The notes under the pieces are model-generated. The model was not told the origin of the DNA. It ran no database searches and saw only the letters and a list, made by a program, of their open reading frames with translations. A DNA stretch of 64,000 nt. Origin: Burkholderiales bacterium (lineage in GTDB: Bacteria > Pseudomonadota > Gammaproteobacteria > Burkholderiales > JACQAP01). Within the stretch, counting starts at the first letter, position 1. Each line of letters opens with the position of its first letter. Positions 1-8,692 of the stretch are shown here, piece after piece. Location: positions 66,965-130,964 of the forward strand of contig DASZTG010000021.1 of the NCBI GenBank assembly GCA_035548375.1, given 5' to 3'. Made by a program: the position numbers and the translations under genes.

Positions 1-1
1 C

Positions 2-334
2 TATTCGAAGGCAGTCCCATGTGTCGGCAAGGCGGGGTCGTGCTCCTTCCATCATGTTCGCCTCGTGCATGGCTCGGCGCAGAACACGTCGGACAGGCCG
101 CGCCAGCTGCTGCTCTACGAAGCCACGGCGGCCGATGCGTGGCCGCTGGTCAACTTCAAGGATCTCGACGAATTCAACAGCCGCATGATCTGCGGCGAAC
201 CGACGCTGGAGCCCCGCACCGAGCACGTACCGATCCGCATGCCGTTGCCGCCCGCGCTGGCGCAGGGCTCGATCTACGAGAACCAGACGGCATTGCGCAA
301 CCGTTTCTTCGAGGTCAAGGCAGCGGCGACCTGA
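2..334 (+). CDS. 3' end of a phytanoyl-CoA dioxygenase (PhyH)-family Fe(II)/2-oxoglutarate oxygenase gene; 5' end lies outside the window
   Basis: The frame is open from base 2. The translation ..GSCSFHHVRLVHGSAQNTSDRPRQLLLYE.. resembles the C-terminal His/Arg region of PhyH-type oxygenases and the paralog at 15556..16416 (GEMSLHHVRIVHGSEPNRAHYRR). Confidence 0.55.
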   Translation, partial: YSKAVPCVGKAGSCSFHHVRLVHGSAQNTSDRPRQLLLYEATAADAWPLVNFKDLDEFNSRMICGEPTLEPRTEHVPIRMPLPPALAQGSIYENQTALRNRFFEVKAAAT

Positions 335-351
335 GAAGTTTGCATTTACCG

Positions 352-381
352 ACGGCGGGCGATCCCCGCCGTTTGTTTTTT
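352..381 (+). terminator. Rho-independent terminator after the partial PhyH gene
   Basis: Stem ACGGCGGG (352-359) pairs with CCCGCCGT (365-372) around a 5-nt loop, followed by TTGTTTTTT. Confidence 0.7.
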
Positions 382-444
382 GGGTTGCCTCCGGCGGTGC
401 ATCCGTACAGGGCAGTCAGAACATAACAACGACAAGGAGCAGTC

Positions 445-1557
445 ATGGATGTTCGCGCAGCAGTCGCGCACAAGGCCGGCGCGCCGCTTTCTCTGGAAAC
501 CGTGCAACTTGAAGGGCCGAAGTCAGGCGAGGTGCTCGTCGAGATCAAGGCCACCGGAATTTGCCACACGGATGAGTTCACGCTCTCCGGCGCCGATCCG
601 GAAGGACTGTTTCCTTCCATTCTCGGCCACGAGGGTGCGGGCATCGTGGTCGACGTCGGCCCGAACGTGAAAAGCCTCAAGAAGGGCGACCACGTCATTC
701 CGCTCTACGTGCCCGAGTGCCGGGAATGCGAGTACTGCGTTTCGCACAAAACCAATCTTTGCCAGTCGATCCGCGTGACGCAAGGCCAGGGCTTGATGCC
801 CGACGGCAGCAGCCGCTTCTCGCTCGGCGGCAGGAAGCTGCACCATTACATGGGCACGTCGACGTTCGCGAATTTCACCGTCGTGCCGGAGATCTCGCTG
901 GCAAAAATCCGCGAGGACGCGCCCTTCGACAAGGTTTGCTACATCGGCTGCGGCGTGACCACCGGCATCGGCGCGGTCATCAACACCGCGAAGGTCGAGC
1001 CGGGCGCGAACGTGGTGATCTTCGGATTGGGCGGCATCGGGCTGAACGTCGTGCAGGGCGCACGCATGGCCGGCGCGAACATGATCGTCGGCGTCGACAT
1101 CAACCCGAAGCGGCGCGCGCTGGCCGAGAAGTTCGGCATGACGCACTTCGTGAACCCGAAGGACATGGCCGACAACGAGCTGGTGCCCTACCTCGTGAAC
1201 CTGACGAAGGGCGGCGCCGACTACAGCTTCGAATGCATCGGCAACGTCAAGCTCATGCGCCAGGCGCTGGAGTGCTGCCACAAGGGCTGGGGCGTGTCGG
1301 TCATCATCGGTGTGGCGCCGGCAGGCGCGGAAATCGCGACGCGTCCGTTCCAGCTCGTCACCGGGCGCGTCTGGAAGGGCACGGCTTTCGGCGGCGCGCG
1401 CGGCCGCACCGACGTGCCGAAGATCGTCGACTGGTACATGGAAAAGAAAATCAACATCGACGACTTGATCACGCACAAGCTCAGGTTCGAGGACATCAAC
1501 AGGGGCTTCGACCTGATGCATGCGGGCGAGTCGATTCGCTCGGTAGTCGTTTTCTAA
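445..1557 (+). CDS. frmA: S-(hydroxymethyl)glutathione dehydrogenase / class III alcohol dehydrogenase
   Basis: 370 aa. Carries class III Zn-ADH signatures (GICHTDEFTLSG, GHEGAGIV, GLGGIGL). AAGGAG lies upstream of the ATG. An S-formylglutathione hydrolase gene follows. Confidence 0.95.
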   Translation: MDVRAAVAHKAGAPLSLETVQLEGPKSGEVLVEIKATGICHTDEFTLSGADPEGLFPSILGHEGAGIVVDVGPNVKSLKKGDHVIPLYVPECRECEYCVSHKTNLCQSIRVTQGQGLMPDGSSRFSLGGRKLHHYMGTSTFANFTVVPEISLAKIREDAPFDKVCYIGCGVTTGIGAVINTAKVEPGANVVIFGLGGIGLNVVQGARMAGANMIVGVDINPKRRALAEKFGMTHFVNPKDMADNELVPYLVNLTKGGADYSFECIGNVKLMRQALECCHKGWGVSVIIGVAPAGAEIATRPFQLVTGRVWKGTAFGGARGRTDVPKIVDWYMEKKINIDDLITHKLRFEDINRGFDLMHAGESIRSVVVF

Positions 1558-1562
1558 AAATT

Positions 1563-1722
1563 ACATCCAACGCAGAGGCGCCGAGAGCGCAGAGTGCACA
1601 GAGGAAACGACTCAAAATGAGAAATGATCGCCAATCGCGGTTCAATCTCTACCAATTCTGCTTGTGTGCCCCCGAGTTCTCTGCGTTCTCCGTTTCTTCT
1701 CTGCGCCTCTGCGTTGGGTTTC
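1563..1722. repeat. Composite inverted-repeat intergenic element, copy A (CAGAG type)
   Basis: Left terminal CCAACGCAGAGGCGC (1567-1581) is the perfect reverse complement of GCGCCTCTGCGTTGG (1703-1717). The arms are made of CGCAGAG-like units around an AT-rich centre. It lies between the frmA stop and the fghA start. Confidence 0.8.
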
Positions 1723-1729
1723 GACTTAG

Positions 1730-2566
1730 ATGAAAACCATCAGCGAACACAGATGCTTCGAAGGCGTGCAGGGCTATTACTCGCACGCGTCGAAGGAGAT
1801 CGGCCTGGAGATGAAGTTCTCCGTGTTCGTCCCGCCGCAGGCGAAGGCCGGCAAGGCGCCGGTCCTGTATTACCTCGCGGGCCTGACGTGCACGGAGGAA
1901 ACGTTCGCGATCAAGGCGGGCGCGCAGCGCCTGGCGGCCGAACTCGGCCTGGTTCTGGTGGCGCCGGATACCAGCCCGCGCGGCGCGAACGTGCCGGGCG
2001 AAGCGGATTCATGGGATTTCGGCGTTGGCGCGGGCTTCTACGTCGACGCCACGCGCGAGCCCTGGTCGAAGCACTATCGCATGTACAGCTACGTGACCCG
2101 CGAGTTACCGGCGCTCGTTGCCGGGAAATTTCCGGTGGACACGGCAAGGCAAGGGATCTTCGGCCACTCGATGGGCGGGCACGGCGCGCTGGTCTGCGCA
2201 CTGCGCAACCCCGGCCAATACCAGTCGCTCTCGGCTTTCGCGCCGATCGCCGCCCCCATGCGATGCCCGTGGGGCAAGAAGGCGTTCAAGGGCTACCTCG
2301 GAGACGATCATGAAACCTGGAAGGAATACGACGCCAGCGATCTCATCAGGCGCATGTCGTTCGCGGGCCCGATCCTGATCGACCAGGGCCTCGCGGATAA
2401 ATTCCTGCCGGACCAGTTGTACCCCGAGGTCTTCGAGACCGCCTGCCGCGAATCGGACCAGCCGCTGGTCCTGAATCGCCGCGAGGGCTACGACCACGGC
2501 TATTTTTTCATTTCGACGTTCATGGAAAACCACCTTCGGCACCACGCCGACCAGCTCAAGAGGTAA
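1730..2566 (+). CDS. fghA: S-formylglutathione hydrolase (esterase D family)
   Basis: 278 aa. Motifs FSVFVPPQA, PVLYYLAGLTCTEE and the GHSMGGHGAL nucleophile elbow are typical of FghA/FrmB. It is the genomic partner of frmA. Confidence 0.93.
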   Translation: MKTISEHRCFEGVQGYYSHASKEIGLEMKFSVFVPPQAKAGKAPVLYYLAGLTCTEETFAIKAGAQRLAAELGLVLVAPDTSPRGANVPGEADSWDFGVGAGFYVDATREPWSKHYRMYSYVTRELPALVAGKFPVDTARQGIFGHSMGGHGALVCALRNPGQYQSLSAFAPIAAPMRCPWGKKAFKGYLGDDHETWKEYDASDLIRRMSFAGPILIDQGLADKFLPDQLYPEVFETACRESDQPLVLNRREGYDHGYFFISTFMENHLRHHADQLKR

Positions 2567-2569
2567 GCC

Positions 2570-3433
2570 ATGCAAAAACTACTCGTGTACCAATCGCTTT
2601 GGGCCATGGAACGCCGCCGTCCCGACGGCCTGGAATGGACCATGGACCAGAAGCTCGACATGATCCAGAAGGCGGGCTTCGACGGCTGCGGCGTGCGCTT
2701 CTTCGACTACAAGTACGCGAAGGAGATCACCGATTTCCTGCGCGCGCATGACATGACCTGGCAGGCCCAGTGCTATCCACAGAAAATAGACGACCTGAAG
2801 CCCATCCTCGAGCACGTGAAGGAACTCGGCGCGGACCACATCAACCTGCAGCCCGACGTGCGGCCTTATTCGATCCAGGAATGCATTCCCTACGTCGAGG
2901 GCTGGCGGCGGCTCGCGCACGACGCGAAGATCCCGGTGCACATCGAGACGCATCGCGATCGCATGACCACGGACCTGTTCTTCACGATGCAGCTGCTGGA
3001 CTGTTTCCCCGACCTGCGCCTGACGGGCGACCTGTCGCATTACGTGGTCGGCCGCGAATTCGCGTGGCCGATCAGCGAGGTCAACCATGGCTACATGCAT
3101 CGCATCCTCGACAACTGCTGGGGCTTCCACGGCCGCGTGGCGAGCCGCGAGCAAGTGCAGGTGCAGATCAGCTTCCCGCACCACAAGGACTGGCTCGACT
3201 TGTTCATGGGCTGGTGGGAGTACGGCCTGCGCAGCTGGCGCAAGCGCGCGCCGCGGGATGCGACGTTCACTTTCCTGTGCGAACTCGGGCCGAAGGAATA
3301 CGCGATGACCGGCCCGGACGGCTACGAGTTGTCGGATCGCTGGCAGGAAGCCCTGATGCTCACGGACATGATCAGGCAGTTATGGCAACGTCTTGAAAAC
3401 GAGGAAGCGCTGGGGTCGGCAAGGGCCGCGTGA
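2570..3433 (+). CDS. Probable xylose-isomerase-like TIM-barrel protein (sugar phosphate isomerase/epimerase family), tentative
   Basis: 287-aa ORF starting 4 nt after the fghA stop with good coding frame. The family call rests only on general resemblance of the N-terminal region (KLDMIQKAGFDGCGVRF) and length. Confidence 0.45.
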   Translation: MQKLLVYQSLWAMERRRPDGLEWTMDQKLDMIQKAGFDGCGVRFFDYKYAKEITDFLRAHDMTWQAQCYPQKIDDLKPILEHVKELGADHINLQPDVRPYSIQECIPYVEGWRRLAHDAKIPVHIETHRDRMTTDLFFTMQLLDCFPDLRLTGDLSHYVVGREFAWPISEVNHGYMHRILDNCWGFHGRVASREQVQVQISFPHHKDWLDLFMGWWEYGLRSWRKRAPRDATFTFLCELGPKEYAMTGPDGYELSDRWQEALMLTDMIRQLWQRLENEEALGSARAA

Positions 3434-3669
3434 ACGACGCCCCGGCGCCGGGGCGGGCAACGGGGGCTTTCCTAAAGGCCGGTAACTGGATAGAGTGGGT
3501 CGAAAGAACCGCCACCGGGCACGGTGATTCCTGGTTTTTCTTCCAGAAGAACCCGAGAGGCGCGATGCAAACACCATAATGATCACGGTGGGTCGCGTTC
3601 ATGCGTTTCAAGGGAGAAGTACCGCGCAATCCTGCGCGGCAGGGGATATCGCCTGGCCTGCGGCGCTGC

Positions 3670-4536
3670 ATGGCCGCGGCGGGGCTTGCCTGTATCGTGC
3701 AATGGGCGCCATGCGCCAACGCCGACCTCAACGGCTTGCGCTTCCGGGTCACGGCTGACGCCACCTACGACGACAACGTCTCGCGCGCCCGCGGCGACGA
3801 CAAGCTCCATGACACCTTCGAAACGCTGAACCTGGGCGCCAGCCTGCCCTGGCAATTGTCCGCAAGCTCCCGGCTGGTGCTGACGGGCAACGCCGGCGGC
3901 GAAAAATTCCAGCGTTACACCGGACTGGATCGTCTCTATGCAAACATCCAGGGCGAATTGCAGTACCGGGCGTCCGGCCAGTTCAGCACGCCGATCTGGG
4001 GAATATTCGTCAAGCAGGGCGAAGACTGGTACGACTCCGACCTGCGCGACGGCTATCGCACTTCCGCCGGGGTGTCGGTCAGGAAGCCGCTCACGGACAA
4101 GCTGTTCTTCTTCAGCGCGCTTGCCTACAACCAGCGCGACGGGCGCAGCAAGGTATTCGACACCAAGGAAGTGTCGCTGCGCGCGAACCTCGATTACGCG
4201 CTCACACGCAGGCAGACCCTCTACTTCGGCCTGGAGGGCCGCGACGGCGACATCGTCTCGACTGCCAGCGCGAAGCTCGCCTACTTCGACATCGCGGATG
4301 CCGTGATCCAGGACGATGTGTTCACCGACACGCAGCGCTTCTCCTACCGGCTCAAGGCCTATACCGGCATCGGAACGATCGGCTACAACTTCGCGATGGG
4401 CGAGCACGCGGCGCTCGACCTTGCCTATCGCATTGCCTATTCCCGCCCGCATGACCAGCCGCCCACCGCTGTCACGACGGATACGATCGACTACGTGGAC
4501 AACCAGGTCACGTTGTCGCTGCTGATCCGGTTCTGA
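3670..4536 (+). CDS. Predicted outer-membrane beta-barrel protein
   Basis: The internal Met gives signal peptide MAAAGLACIVQWAPCANA followed by D. About 12-14 alternating amphipathic strands are visible. The C-terminus LSLLIRF ends in the Phe typical of OMPs. The stop lies 13 nt before the lipoprotein gene. The ORF track starts at 3601, but those 23 residues are Arg-rich and non-signal-like. Confidence 0.6.
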   Translation: MAAAGLACIVQWAPCANADLNGLRFRVTADATYDDNVSRARGDDKLHDTFETLNLGASLPWQLSASSRLVLTGNAGGEKFQRYTGLDRLYANIQGELQYRASGQFSTPIWGIFVKQGEDWYDSDLRDGYRTSAGVSVRKPLTDKLFFFSALAYNQRDGRSKVFDTKEVSLRANLDYALTRRQTLYFGLEGRDGDIVSTASAKLAYFDIADAVIQDDVFTDTQRFSYRLKAYTGIGTIGYNFAMGEHAALDLAYRIAYSRPHDQPPTAVTTDTIDYVDNQVTLSLLIRF

Positions 4537-4549
4537 AAGGGCTGAAGCT

Positions 4550-7500
4550 ATGAACCGCGTCCTCCTGCTCGTGTTGACGACGTGCCTGCTCCTCGCCGGC
4601 TGTACGCAGGGCAATTCGGGCGACGAGGCGGCGACTGCGAGCGCGGACGCGCCTTCCGGCATCAATCGCTTCCTGCTGTTTCCGAACCCGATCGTCGATA
4701 CCGCCGGAAACTTCCAGACGGACACCGACGCCTACGCGCAGGCTTACTACGCCTCGGTGGATCCGAACGGCGAAAGGACGACGCTGGATTCCTGGAAGTC
4801 GAAAAACCAGTTCGGCCAGGGCGGCAGCGAGTTCGTCGCGGTATTCCGCGACGTGCGCGACCTGGGCTACGGCCGGCGCATGACGGGCCGTCGCAATGCC
4901 GACGGCAGCATCGCCTTCTACGTCGAGAACTACAACGTGGCCAACGCACCCGGCGGCTACTCGCAGGTCAACGTCGACGCCGCGGTCGCGCGCGATTCGA
5001 AGTGGCACGTGGGTACCAACGCCATCGAATGGAGTCCGGCCCAATGCACTGCGGCCGATCCCTCGAACTGCGACGCGACGGTGAAATACACGAAGTATTT
5101 CAACTTCGACCCTTCTTCCGGCCAGCGCCAGACCATGCTGAACCTCGACGGCCGCGGCCCGAAGGCGATGCCGGGCATCTGCGTGAACTGCCACGGCGGC
5201 CGACTCGACCCGCTCACGCCGCAGTCGACTTTCGCGCTGGTCGAGAACGCGGCATCGCGCAAGCGCGGCGACGTGCAAGCCAGGCTGCAGGGGTTCAACG
5301 TGGACAGCTTCGAGTGGTCGACGTTCGCCGGATTCAGGCGCGCGGACCAGGAAGCCGTCCTCAAGGCTTTCAACCAGTGGGTGCTGTGTTCCTATCCCGG
5401 CGGCGGAACGGTCTCCGGCACGTGGGGTAGTTGCACGCGGCCGTCCGCGGGCAGCAACGACTGGCAGGGTGCGGCGGCTCCCATGATCCAGAGCTGGTAC
5501 GGCGGCGCGGCCATGGCCAACGCGCAATTCTCCGACACCTATCTGCCGGCCGGCTGGACTGGCAACGCCTCGCTCTACCAGCAGGTCGTCGTGCCTTATT
5601 GCCGCACCTGCCATTTGTTGCGCGGCACCGCGAACCAGAGCGACATCGACTTCGACAGCGAGTCCAAGTTCAGCGGGTACGGCGCGCGCATCAAGGCGCA
5701 TGTGTTCGACCGCGGCAACATGCCGCTTGCCTTCCTGGTCTACCAGGGTTTCTGGAAGTCGAATGCGCCGTCCATCCTCGCGTCATACATCAATTCGCTC
5801 GCGATTTCCGGGTTGACGGCGACCGACGCCGGCGGCGCCCCGTTGCGCGCTGGCCGGCCGGTTGCGAATCCCGGCCCGGATCGCATGGTGCGCACGGGTG
5901 CGAACGCGAAGCTCTACGGCGGCGACAGCCTGTTCGCGAGCAGCTATAGCTGGACGCTGGATTCCGCGACGCCGGGTGCGACCATCAGTAATCCGAATTC
6001 CCCGACGGCGACGTTCTTCTCGAATTTTGCGGGCGCCTATACGGTGCATCTGACCGTGAGCAACCGCGGCGTCTCCGATTCGAAGGCCGTGACCATCACG
6101 GTCGACAACAATTTCCACGATCCGGCCACGATCAAGTTCGCGCACGTGAAATCCCTGTTGCAAAGCGCTTCGGCCACCTGCACCACCTGCCACCTGGTCC
6201 GTGCCGTGCCGCAGCCCGCCGCGACACCGCCGATCTGGTACACCGACTTCGATCGAAATTCCAGCGGAGGCGCGCCGGATGCCACCGACGACGCATGGCT
6301 CTACGAGGAAATAATGGGCCGCGTGAACCTGACCGAGCTGGCCGCCAGCCCGTTGCTCGGCAAGCCCGCGGGCAATCACCACAACGGCGCGACCCTGTTC
6401 AACCTCTCGGCCAACGCCGGCCTGACGAGCTATTCGATGCTGTACAACTGGATTCTGAACGGCGCGCCGGCAGGCGGCGTGGCGGCAAGCATCACGGCCA
6501 ATGCCGCCCCGGCGGTATCGTTTGTCGGCAGCCCACCCACGGCAACGATCCCGCTGAGCGGAACCGGCAGCATCGGCGCGACGACCTACGCCTGGACGAT
6601 TGCCCCGACACCGGTCCCGCCGGCTGGCGCGAGCCTCTCGACGCCGAACGCATCCACCGCCGTGCTCAATGTCCAGAACGTGGGCACCTACGTCGTGCAA
6701 CTGCTCGTCGGCAATGGAACGGAAAGCGACACCGCCACGCAACAGATCGTCGTGACCGAAACGCCATTGGCGTTCAGCCTTACTGTGGCCGGTCTGTCCG
6801 CGGGCAGCGTGGCAGTGCCGTTCAGCGGGGTGGGGCCGACAGGTACCATCAGTGTCACCACCTCCCAAAGTACCGGCAGTCCGTTGTCATGCAACTGGCA
6901 GGTGCTGCCGCCATCCTCCGGCGTCACGGTCGGGGCGAATTCGTGCGCCGGCGCGACGCTGAACGTAACGACGGCGGCGATAGGCAATAACTACACGTTA
7001 GAGCTGACCGAGCAAAACGTATCGCAGCCGCCGGTGACCGCGAGCCAGTCGTTCGTGGTGACGGCCGCGGCCGGATCCAGCCCGAGCGGCGCCAACTTCA
7101 CGCCGACTTCGGCCGCCATCGGCTTCACGATCAACAACAATCCCGGAAGCACGCCGACAGCCACCTCGGCCAGCCGACTGTTGACCGGCAGTGCTACCGG
7201 ACCAGGGACGCTGACCTACGCCTGGAGCGCGACGGCCGGATCGGCCGGGTGCTCGATTCCGGGCGGGGCGAGCACTTCGACCACCCGGACGCTGAGCTAC
7301 TCGGGCGTGGGGACGTGCAGTGTGACGCTGACGGTAAGCAACGGCATCCCGCCCGATGCCACCGTCAACCACACAGTGACGATAGCCTCGACCGTCGTCT
7401 TGTCCGACGTGGCCACCCTGCTGAACTCGGGTGCCGGCTGCACGTCTTGCCACAACGGTACGACGGCGACACCGTCCTGGATCAACGATTCCGGCCTCAA

Positions 7501-7681
7501 GTCTCGATTGCTCTCGACCATCAACCTCGGCGCGCCACAATCCAGCCTGTTGCTGGTTTGTCCGCATGACGCCAGCGCGCCCGCCTGCTCCGGCATGTCG
7601 GCGCCCCAGCCGGGTTTCGGTGCGGGGGACTTCACGAACTACGATGCGATCCTGACCTGGATCATCAACGGCACGCCGTGA
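4550..7681 (+). CDS. Large lipoprotein with four CxxCH motifs (cytochrome-c-like, PSCyt-type context) and PKD/Ig-like repeats
   Basis: 1043 aa. Lipobox LLLAGC, with Cys18 at 4601-4603. CxxCH motifs are CVNCH 5180-5194, CRTCH 5600-5614, CTTCH 6179-6193 and CTSCH 7439-7453. Repeated Thr/Ser/Gly-rich beta modules such as YSWTLDSATPGATISNPNSPTATFFSNFAGAYTVHLTVSNRGVSDSKAVTITV look PKD-like. Confidence 0.8.
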   Translation: MNRVLLLVLTTCLLLAGCTQGNSGDEAATASADAPSGINRFLLFPNPIVDTAGNFQTDTDAYAQAYYASVDPNGERTTLDSWKSKNQFGQGGSEFVAVFRDVRDLGYGRRMTGRRNADGSIAFYVENYNVANAPGGYSQVNVDAAVARDSKWHVGTNAIEWSPAQCTAADPSNCDATVKYTKYFNFDPSSGQRQTMLNLDGRGPKAMPGICVNCHGGRLDPLTPQSTFALVENAASRKRGDVQARLQGFNVDSFEWSTFAGFRRADQEAVLKAFNQWVLCSYPGGGTVSGTWGSCTRPSAGSNDWQGAAAPMIQSWYGGAAMANAQFSDTYLPAGWTGNASLYQQVVVPYCRTCHLLRGTANQSDIDFDSESKFSGYGARIKAHVFDRGNMPLAFLVYQGFWKSNAPSILASYINSLAISGLTATDAGGAPLRAGRPVANPGPDRMVRTGANAKLYGGDSLFASSYSWTLDSATPGATISNPNSPTATFFSNFAGAYTVHLTVSNRGVSDSKAVTITVDNNFHDPATIKFAHVKSLLQSASATCTTCHLVRAVPQPAATPPIWYTDFDRNSSGGAPDATDDAWLYEEIMGRVNLTELAASPLLGKPAGNHHNGATLFNLSANAGLTSYSMLYNWILNGAPAGGVAASITANAAPAVSFVGSPPTATIPLSGTGSIGATTYAWTIAPTPVPPAGASLSTPNASTAVLNVQNVGTYVVQLLVGNGTESDTATQQIVVTETPLAFSLTVAGLSAGSVAVPFSGVGPTGTISVTTSQSTGSPLSCNWQVLPPSSGVTVGANSCAGATLNVTTAAIGNNYTLELTEQNVSQPPVTASQSFVVTAAAGSSPSGANFTPTSAAIGFTINNNPGSTPTATSASRLLTGSATGPGTLTYAWSATAGSAGCSIPGGASTSTTRTLSYSGVGTCSVTLTVSNGIPPDATVNHTVTIASTVVLSDVATLLNSGAGCTSCHNGTTATPSWINDSGLKSRLLSTINLGAPQSSLLLVCPHDASAPACSGMSAPQPGFGAGDFTNYDAILTWIINGTP

Positions 7682-7735
7682 CGCGGACAATGGCCGGGGT
7701 CACGGCCGGGCCGTGTTCCCCAGCCCGGACGCGCT

Positions 7736-8467
7736 TCAGTAGTCCTTGCGCGGCCCGCCGTAGTCTTCCGAGGGAAACACGAAGGGCGGAGAGCGCCCGA
7801 CCAGGGTTTCGATCAGCATCAGTTCCTGGTCCGTGTGGTTGATGAACGGCGCCTTGCGGATGGCCTTGCCGTCCTTAGGCTTCGCCAGGATGTACACCGG
7901 CTCGTCGTGGTGCTTGGACGTCACGGTCTTGCGGCTGTTGGGATCGCTGTTCGCGTTGATGTCCGTGACGCCGTAGCAGGTACAGAAGTAGGTCTGTTCC
8001 GGATCGGTCTCGGCATAGACGCCGGTGCCGCGAATGCCTATCGTCGCCGTCGCGGTGGAGATGCGCTGAGGAACGCCGGGGCCGAACACCGCCAGTATTT
8101 TCCCGGTAAGCAGGCGCAATGCGCTGGCCACGGCGCTGCTGGACGACGCTTGTTGCGAGAGGCTCATGCGGCTGGATTCGCGCAGGATGAAGGCGTTGCT
8201 GCCGCTGACGAACACCACCTCCGAATTCCTGCCCGTCTCTATGGTGTCGTTGCCACCGATGCGGGTTTTCAGGTTCGCGGGCGATCCGTTGACGCTGACC
8301 GTGCCGCTGAGCCGGTAGATGGAGCGGTCCGGCGGCAGTTTCTCGGGCTTTTCGCCGAGCACGTCGGCCAGGACGCGGTGGATCGGGAGGGATGCCAGGC
8401 TGCCGGCAGCCAGCAGCTTGACCAGCAGGCGACGACGCGGATCGTCGGGATCACGTAGCAGGTACAC
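7736..8467 (-). CDS. FecR-domain protein with twin-arginine signal
   Basis: 243 aa. The N-terminus DPRRRLLVKLLAAGSLASLP looks like a Tat signal. The segment IYRLSGTVSVNGSPA..IETGRNSEVVFVSGSNAFILRESSRMSL matches the FecR-domain pattern. Confidence 0.6.
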   Translation of the reverse strand: MYLLRDPDDPRRRLLVKLLAAGSLASLPIHRVLADVLGEKPEKLPPDRSIYRLSGTVSVNGSPANLKTRIGGNDTIETGRNSEVVFVSGSNAFILRESSRMSLSQQASSSSAVASALRLLTGKILAVFGPGVPQRISTATATIGIRGTGVYAETDPEQTYFCTCYGVTDINANSDPNSRKTVTSKHHDEPVYILAKPKDGKAIRKAPFINHTDQELMLIETLVGRSPPFVFPSEDYGGPRKDY

Positions 8468-8692
8468 GGTAGCCCCCTTAGGCGGATTGCGGCGGCGTGT
8501 GTCGGTGAGTCGGGTTTGCTTTGATTTCTAGTTTGGCGTGAGTGTACCGTCGCGATACGCCGACTGGAAGGCGTGGGATCGGCGGCGTGCGTCGCGTGTC
8601 CTTTCCAGGTTTTCGTCCGGCAAGGCCTTGAATCCGCGTTGCCATGGCCCTACAGTGTTTGCGTCCTGCATGTCCAGGTGAGGGAAGTCGCA

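Noticed and set aside
523-1521. Long antisense or out-of-frame ORFs overlapping well-supported genes. Examples: 523-1521(-), 3583-4725(-), 4508-5701(-), 18588-20084(-), 34134-35543(+), 35862-37220(-), 37592-39025(-), 47112-48464(-), 56034-57830(-).
   Set aside because: Their translations are Arg/Ala/Gly/Pro-rich and low in complexity, with no family motifs. The overlapping frames carry clear enzyme or transporter signatures. Such shadow ORFs are expected in high-GC DNA.
3439-3454. A perfect 16-nt GC palindrome GCCCCGGCGCCGGGGC just after the stop of the TIM-barrel gene, considered as a terminator.
   Set aside because: No U-tract follows, and the loop would be minimal. It could be a weak hairpin or chance GC palindrome, so it is not called.
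4550-7681. Interpreting the CxxCH lipoprotein as an MtrC/OmcS-like multiheme electron conduit.
   Set aside because: There are only four motifs across 1043 residues, separated by 140-420 residues and by Ig-like domains. That is too sparse for heme-to-heme wiring. No MtrA/MtrB-type partners are present, and the adjacent barrel is far too small to be MtrB-like.
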